The notes under the pieces are model-generated. The model was not told where the DNA came from. It made no database searches and worked only from the letters and a program-made list of their open reading frames with translations. Below are positions 58,801-64,000 of a stretch of DNA of 64,000 nucleotides, one piece after another; position 1 is the first letter of the stretch, and each line of letters starts with the position of its first letter. The position numbers and the translations under genes are program-made. This stretch comes from Candidatus Eiseniibacteriota bacterium (lineage in GTDB: Bacteria > Eisenbacteria > RBG-16-71-46 > CAIMUX01 > VGJL01), in NCBI GenBank assembly GCA_963792585.1, contig CAWBWI010000001.1, forward strand, positions 1,472,001-1,536,000, given 5' to 3'.

Positions 58801-59325
58801 CTATTCCGATACTTCGTACGCGACGAAGACGCCGGCCTTGTTGTGCTTCGCATGCATGAACTGAACGGCGAGCGTCCCCTTCTGGGCGTTGAGCATGCCC
58901 CCCTGCTCACCCATCATCGTGATCTGGGATTCCCAGCCCGCGGCCTTCAGCTCCGCGTGGTATCGATCCGAGGCGTCGTCCGGGACATCGCGGAGCCAGA
59001 CGTTGAACTTCTTCATCCCCTCCTCCACGCCGCTGGTCACGCGCTCGACCTTGCCGTAAGGAAACGGCGGAACGGCCGCAAACATGTCGGACGGCCATTG
59101 GTCGGTCGAGGTCATCTGCACGTTTCCGTCCTTGGTCTTGACCGACACGTTCTGTCCGTCGATGTCGACGTCGGCCTCTCCACCGGTCGCCCTCTCGAGC
59201 ATCCGCTCGCTCATCGTCTCGCCGAGCTTCTCGGTCGCGTCCTTCTTGCTGCAGCCGGACAGCATGAAAAGCGATGCGACGAGTGCCACGCCGAAGAGCG
59301 CTTCGGGGCGCCATGGTTGATGCAT
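58801..59325 (-). CDS. Hypothetical lipoprotein
   Basis: Lipobox LSGC; SD GGAGG. Confidence 0.75.
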   Translation of the reverse strand: MHQPWRPEALFGVALVASLFMLSGCSKKDATEKLGETMSERMLERATGGEADVDIDGQNVSVKTKDGNVQMTSTDQWPSDMFAAVPPFPYGKVERVTSGVEEGMKKFNVWLRDVPDDASDRYHAELKAAGWESQITMMGEQGGMLNAQKGTLAVQFMHAKHNKAGVFVAYEVSE

Positions 59326-59517
59326 CGGTCGGTCCTCCCGTCTGCACGGTTGATTTGGAACGAATTGCACGATTATCAGAACCGACACGGTTCTACCGGA
59401 TCACCGGCGGATTCGCAAGCCCGCGGTTGTGGATACGATCGTGGATCGAGGACCGGAGGGGCGCAGGAAGCTTGCGGGAGGCTCTGTACTCCAGGCGATC
59501 GATCCTGAGTCCACGAC

Positions 59518-59901
59518 CTATCGGGCCGCCAAGATCAGATAGAGCCAGTTCGCGAGCACGAGGATGAGGAGGGTGAGTCCAAGGACCCGCCTTCCCAGGA
59601 CTTGCGGAATGCGAAGGCGGCCCGCCCAGGGAAGGGTGACGAGGGCGGCCACGGCCCCCGCCATCGCGAGCAGGATCGTCGCTGCGACCAGAGGATTCGC
59701 CCGAAAGGCCGCCCCGACGTCGGCAGCGAGGAGGGAGCGGGCCGCGGATGTCCCCCCGCAGGTGGGACATGGAACGCCGGTCAGCGTCCGCAGCGGGCAA
59801 GGTCTCAGGACGCCGCCCGGATTCGCTTCGAGAAGAATGAGCCCGGCCGTGATCGCGAGCGCCACCGAGACCGGCCAGAGGAGCAGATCGCGCCGTCGCA
59901 T
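59518..59901 (-). CDS. DUF2752-family membrane protein
   Basis: CPLRTLTGVPCPTCGGT..AFRANPL..NWLY. Confidence 0.88.
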   Translation of the reverse strand: MRRRDLLLWPVSVALAITAGLILLEANPGGVLRPCPLRTLTGVPCPTCGGTSAARSLLAADVGAAFRANPLVAATILLAMAGAVAALVTLPWAGRLRIPQVLGRRVLGLTLLILVLANWLYLILAAR

Positions 59902-59910
59902 CGCGCCGGC

Positions 59911-60501
59911 CTAACCTCGCGCGGCCGACTCGACGAAGCGCTCGTGGATCCGAAGCGGTTGAGAGAGTTCGGGATGGAATGTCCCGCCCCAGACGAGGCC
60001 CTGGCGGACAAGGGTCGGTTCCCCTTTCAGCTCCCCGATCACTTCGACCCCCGCGCCGAGTCGCACGATCCGTGGCGCCCGGATAAAGACCATTTCCACC
60101 GGTTCGGGCGGACCGCCATTGAGGTGGAGCGCGCCGGTCTCGACGAAGCTATCAACCTGTCTGCCGTACGCATTTCGCCGCACGGTGACGTCGAGCAGCC
60201 CGAGCGAGGTCTGCGCCGGATCGAGGACCTTCCTCGCCAGGAGGATCAGACCCATGCAGGTTCCATAGACCAATCCCCCCCGATCGAGGAAGCCGGGCAG
60301 AGCCTCGTTGAAGCCGTACTCGGCCATCAAGAGCAGCAGGGTCGTGCTCTCCCCGCCCGGAAGGATCAGGCCGCGGAGGCCGGCGAGTTCTTCCGGGCGG
60401 CGGACCTCGACGGGACGACCACCAACGGTCTCGATCGCGCGCGCGTGTGCCGCGAAATCGCCCTGCAGCGCGAGCACGCCGATCGGGACGCGATCGGGCA
60501 T
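59911..60501 (-). CDS. pdxT: PLP synthase glutaminase subunit
   Basis: GVLALQG, PGGESTT, GTCMG, RNAYGRQVDSF, FIRAP, FHPE. Confidence 0.97.
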   Translation of the reverse strand: MPDRVPIGVLALQGDFAAHARAIETVGGRPVEVRRPEELAGLRGLILPGGESTTLLLLMAEYGFNEALPGFLDRGGLVYGTCMGLILLARKVLDPAQTSLGLLDVTVRRNAYGRQVDSFVETGALHLNGGPPEPVEMVFIRAPRIVRLGAGVEVIGELKGEPTLVRQGLVWGGTFHPELSQPLRIHERFVESAARG

Positions 60502-60502
60502 T

Positions 60503-61384
60503 TCACCAACCCCGCGTCTGGAGCAGTTCGCTCTGCGGCATCTTGGCGACATCGAGGCCGGGCATCGCGTCTCCCAGCTCCTCGCTCACCTCGGCAAGGA
60601 CCTTCGGGTCATTGTAGTGCGCGACCGAGCGGACGATTGCGCGCGCCCTCACGGCGGGATCCTCGCTCTTGAAGATCCCTGACCCGACGAAGACCGACTC
60701 CGCCCCGAGCTGCATCATCAGCGCGGCGTCCGCCGGGGTCGCAATCCCGCCGGCCGAGAAGTTCGGGACCGGCAGCTTCCCGTTCTTGGCGACCCACCGG
60801 ACGAGTTCGAACGGCGCCCCGAGTTCCTTCGCCTTGGCCATCAGTTCTTCGTCCCGGAGGATGGTCAGTTCGCGTATCCCGCGCGTGATCGCCCGCATAT
60901 GACGGACGGCCTCGACGACGTCTCCGGTCCCGGCCTCTCCCTTGGTGCGAATCATCGCCGCCCCCTCGCCGATGCGCCGCAGCGCCTCGCCCAGGTCGCG
61001 ACATCCACAGACGAACGGCACCTTGAAGGCGAACTTGTCGACATGGTGCGCTTCATCCGCAGGTGTCAGGACTTCGCTCTCGTCGACGAAGTCGACACCG
61101 AGCGACTCGAGGATCTGCGCCTCGACGAAGTGGCCGATCCGGCACTTCGCCATGACCGGGATCGAGACGGTCGCCATGATCTCCTTGATCTTCTTCGGAC
61201 TCGCCATGCGGGCGACTCCGCCGTCGCGACGGATGTCGGAGGGGACCCGCTCGAGGGCCATCACCGCGACTGCGCCCGCGTCCTCAGCGATCTTCGCCTG
61301 CTCGGCGTTCGTGACGTCCATGATGACCCCGCCCTTCAGCATCTCGGCGAGGCCGGTCTTGAGTCTGAGCGTTCCAACTTCCAT
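60503..61384 (-). CDS. pdxS: PLP synthase lyase subunit
   Basis: [39 protein letters not shown], terminal RGW. Confidence 0.98.
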   Translation of the reverse strand: MEVGTLRLKTGLAEMLKGGVIMDVTNAEQAKIAEDAGAVAVMALERVPSDIRRDGGVARMASPKKIKEIMATVSIPVMAKCRIGHFVEAQILESLGVDFVDESEVLTPADEAHHVDKFAFKVPFVCGCRDLGEALRRIGEGAAMIRTKGEAGTGDVVEAVRHMRAITRGIRELTILRDEELMAKAKELGAPFELVRWVAKNGKLPVPNFSAGGIATPADAALMMQLGAESVFVGSGIFKSEDPAVRARAIVRSVAHYNDPKVLAEVSEELGDAMPGLDVAKMPQSELLQTRGW

Positions 61385-61425
61385 GGCTGTCTTCTCCCGC
61401 CCCGCAAAGGGGCACCTGAATGGTC

Positions 61426-62955
61426 CTACAGGATCGGAGCGGCGGCCCCTTCCGACTCCCGCGCGGGCCGGCGCGCCATTCCATCTTCTATGGTTCCGGC
61501 AAGCAGACGGATCCCCGCGCGGATCCGCTCTTCGTCTTCTCGGATGAAGCAGAGGCGGAGTCTGTCCCAACCTCCCCCGTTCGTGTGGAACGCCGTGCCG
61601 GCCGAGACCGCGACGCCGCGGCGTTGGGCCTCGCCGGCCAACTCGTCGGCGTCGAGCCCCTTGGGCAGACGAACCCAGAGACACATCCCGCCCGTCGGTC
61701 GGGTCCAGCCCACGCCGGAGGGCATGTGGGCATCGAGGGCGGAGAGCATGGCGGTCAGCCGCGACCCGTTGCGCTCGCGAATCCTCGCGAGGTGCGAATC
61801 TAGGAGCCCCCTTCTGCAGAACTCGTAAAGCGCCATCTGTGTCAAGAGACCACCAGAGAGATCCGCGCAGACCTTCATCTCGGAGAGGGGTCCGATCAGC
61901 GGCTCGGGCACGACGATCCATCCGACCCTCAGGCCCGGGAACAGGATCTTGCTGAAGGTTCCCAGAATGGCGACGTTCGGCGGAGACCCCTCCGCCAGTA
62001 GCGGCGGCGGAGCGTCTCCCCTGTAATCCAGATCGGCGTCGAAGTGATCTTCGACGATCGGCAGACCGCGCTCTGCGGCGAGGGCGAGCAGGCGTCCGCG
62101 TCGTTCGCGCGAGAGGGTGAGCCCCGTCGGGTTCTGGAAGACCGGCATCGTGTAGAGCATTCCGGCCCGCGTCTCATCGAGGATCCGGGTGAGCAGGTCG
62201 AGCCGAAGCCCATCCTCGTCCATCCCGACGGCCCGCACCGAGAGCCGTAGCGCGCGCGCCGTGCGAAGCGCGAGCTGGTAGGTCGGCTCCTCGAGCAGCA
62301 GTGTGCGTCCGGGCGGGGCGAGAAGCCTGAAGATCAGCTCGAGCCCCTGTTGCGACCCGTTGGTGAGTAGCACCTGGGCGGGATCGACGCGCACTCCCTG
62401 TCGCTGGAGCCGTGCCGCGAGGATCTCACGCAGCGGCGGGTATCCGTCGGGCGGGCCGTAGTCGAGGCACGCGTTTCCCTCGCGCCGGAAGATCTCGTCC
62501 AGGACTTCGCGGAATTCCTGCAGCGGGAATGCCGCCGGGTCGGCCGTCGGAGAGGTGAATCGAATCGTGTCGGCCGGGATCGAAGCGAGAACGCGCCCGT
62601 GTTCGGGACGAGGCAGATCTTCGAGCCTGGAAGACCAGAAGGAAGACTCCGTCGCGGGGGTTGCGGCCTCATCGCTCTCGCGAACCACCACGAACGTCCC
62701 CGATCCGACCCCGCTGCGAACCCAGCCGTCCTCCCGCAGGATTCGGTAGGCCTCGACGGCCGTGGCGCGGTTGACCCGAAGGGCGTCCGCCAGTTCCCGC
62801 GTGGCCGGCAACTTCGCGCCACCCGGGAATCGTCCCGTCTGGATGCACTCGCGGATCGCCGACGCCACCTGGGAGTAGAGAGGCGTCTGCGCGTGACGAT
62901 CCAAATGGATGCCATCCAATACGGAAATGGATGCGATCTGTCTCGTGCTCATCAT
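61426..62955 (-). CDS. MocR/GabR-family regulator (GntR HTH + PLP aminotransferase-like domain), PdxR-like
   Basis: [41 protein letters not shown]; directly upstream of pdxST; start uncertain. Confidence 0.92.
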   Translation of the reverse strand: MMSTRQIASISVLDGIHLDRHAQTPLYSQVASAIRECIQTGRFPGGAKLPATRELADALRVNRATAVEAYRILREDGWVRSGVGSGTFVVVRESDEAATPATESSFWSSRLEDLPRPEHGRVLASIPADTIRFTSPTADPAAFPLQEFREVLDEIFRREGNACLDYGPPDGYPPLREILAARLQRQGVRVDPAQVLLTNGSQQGLELIFRLLAPPGRTLLLEEPTYQLALRTARALRLSVRAVGMDEDGLRLDLLTRILDETRAGMLYTMPVFQNPTGLTLSRERRGRLLALAAERGLPIVEDHFDADLDYRGDAPPPLLAEGSPPNVAILGTFSKILFPGLRVGWIVVPEPLIGPLSEMKVCADLSGGLLTQMALYEFCRRGLLDSHLARIRERNGSRLTAMLSALDAHMPSGVGWTRPTGGMCLWVRLPKGLDADELAGEAQRRGVAVSAGTAFHTNGGGWDRLRLCFIREDEERIRAGIRLLAGTIEDGMARRPARESEGAAAPIL

Positions 62956-63086
62956 GGGTATGTTCGCGCAGCTAGACTTAAATCTCAAACCAATTTTGCG
63001 GTTACCGCATATTGGACCGATCCATTAGGCGGATCCTAGCCGAACTCGGGTTGCATCCTTGGGGGCGCACGCTTACTTTAGAACTC

Positions 63087-63989
63087 GTGAGTCCTGGCGC
63101 ATCGAGTTTCGAGGTTTCCGCCGATCAGCATCGTCTTCGGCTCGACCGGTTCCTGCTTCGGGTCATTCCCGGCATGAGCCGCCGGGCGGTCGATCGGATG
63201 CTACGGTCCGCGCGGGTTCGGGTGGACGGACATCCTCGGGATGCGCACTACTTCGTCAAGCGCGGCGATCGGATCGAGGTGCTGGAAGCCGTTCTCATGA
63301 CGGAGGAGGAACCTCGAGAGATCCTGCGGACCGCCCACATGATCGCGGTCGGCAAGCCCCCCGGGATCTCGACGAATCCCTCCCCCGGATCGTCGCGCAG
63401 CGTCCTCGCCTGGCTCGAGGCTCGCGTCGAAGGAGCCTCGCCCGGAGTCGTCCATCGTCTGGATCGCGACACCTCCGGCCTGGTCCTCTTCTCCCTGTCG
63501 CCGGAGGGGCACCGCCTGCTCGAGACAGCCTTCATGGAGCATTCGATCGGCAAGAGCTACCTCGCCCTCGTCCCCGGCAGGATCCGGCCCCACCGGGGAA
63601 CGATCGACAGGCCCCTCACGCGCGAAGCGTCCGGGAGAATGCGCACCGACCCGCGTGGCCGGCCCTCACGCACAGCCTATGAAACGCTCTTCGGTTCGCC
63701 GACGTGCAGTCTGCTCGAGGTGCGGCCGCAATCGGGGCGCACCCATCAGATCCGCGTCCACCTTGCGTCGGTCGGCCATCCGATCGCGGGAGATCCGCTG
63801 TACGGCGATCCCAGACACACTCTGGGCGCGCCCAGACTCTGGCTGCACGCGTCTTCGCTGGAGATGCGGATCGATCTCGCCAATCTCCTCGCCTGTCCGG
63901 AGCGAATGGAATCTCCGCTCTGGGAGGACCTGCAGACGCATCTATCCGCGTTTGGGTTTCCAGCCGGGATCGGCGGGCAACGGGCCTGA
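63087..63989 (+). CDS. RluA-family pseudouridine synthase with S4 domain
   Basis: RLDRFL, KPPG, HRLDRDTSG, GRTHQIRVH, GDPLYG, LHA; start uncertain. Confidence 0.93.
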   Translation: MSPGASSFEVSADQHRLRLDRFLLRVIPGMSRRAVDRMLRSARVRVDGHPRDAHYFVKRGDRIEVLEAVLMTEEEPREILRTAHMIAVGKPPGISTNPSPGSSRSVLAWLEARVEGASPGVVHRLDRDTSGLVLFSLSPEGHRLLETAFMEHSIGKSYLALVPGRIRPHRGTIDRPLTREASGRMRTDPRGRPSRTAYETLFGSPTCSLLEVRPQSGRTHQIRVHLASVGHPIAGDPLYGDPRHTLGAPRLWLHASSLEMRIDLANLLACPERMESPLWEDLQTHLSAFGFPAGIGGQRA

Positions 63990-64000
63990 CCGGAGACTCC

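Noticed and set aside
1..64000. CRISPR arrays, tRNA/rRNA, IS elements, prophage or defence genes
   Set aside because: No regularly spaced repeats, structural RNA signatures, transposases, integrases or phage genes recognised by eye.

Overview
This is a high-GC bacterial chromosomal segment with no rRNA, tRNA, CRISPR array or mobile element that I could recognise. The secreted proteins end either in FlgD-Ig-like tails or in a (T/S)WGx(I/L)RxL(Y/F)R motif. That suggests a Candidatus Eisenbacteria/Krumholzibacteriota-like organism, which is inference only. Contents in order: complex I operon nuoA-B-CD-E-F-G-H-I-J-K (minus strand, cut off at the left edge); MFS transporter; tdh; a 38-aa small ORF; hppD, an FAA hydrolase and hmgA; a tolA/tonB-tolB-pal-cpoB operon extended by an MFS, a GT4 and a polysaccharide deacetylase; an ABC-class ATPase; several secreted proteins; an FAD oxidase and a biliverdin-reductase-like gene; a fluoride riboswitch ahead of crcB-DUF190-era-EamA; hutH; ispH; an M1 peptidase; nfnAB; a TonB-dependent receptor; a sigma-54 module; mutY; several enzymes; pdxR-pdxS-pdxT; and an RluA-type synthase. 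The best candidate for an undescribed system is 47.2-54.7 kb. There, two sigma-54 promoters carry the same paired GTCCC-N6-GGGAC-like enhancer sites. One precedes a Lys-terminated helical lipoprotein, an active L,D-transpeptidase, a catalytically dead paralog and the PAS-kinase/NtrC pair; the other precedes a second signalling cassette. The stretches ~32.7-34.0 kb and ~39.3-44.3 kb are dense in frameshifts that look like sequencing errors. Start codons were chosen by eye.
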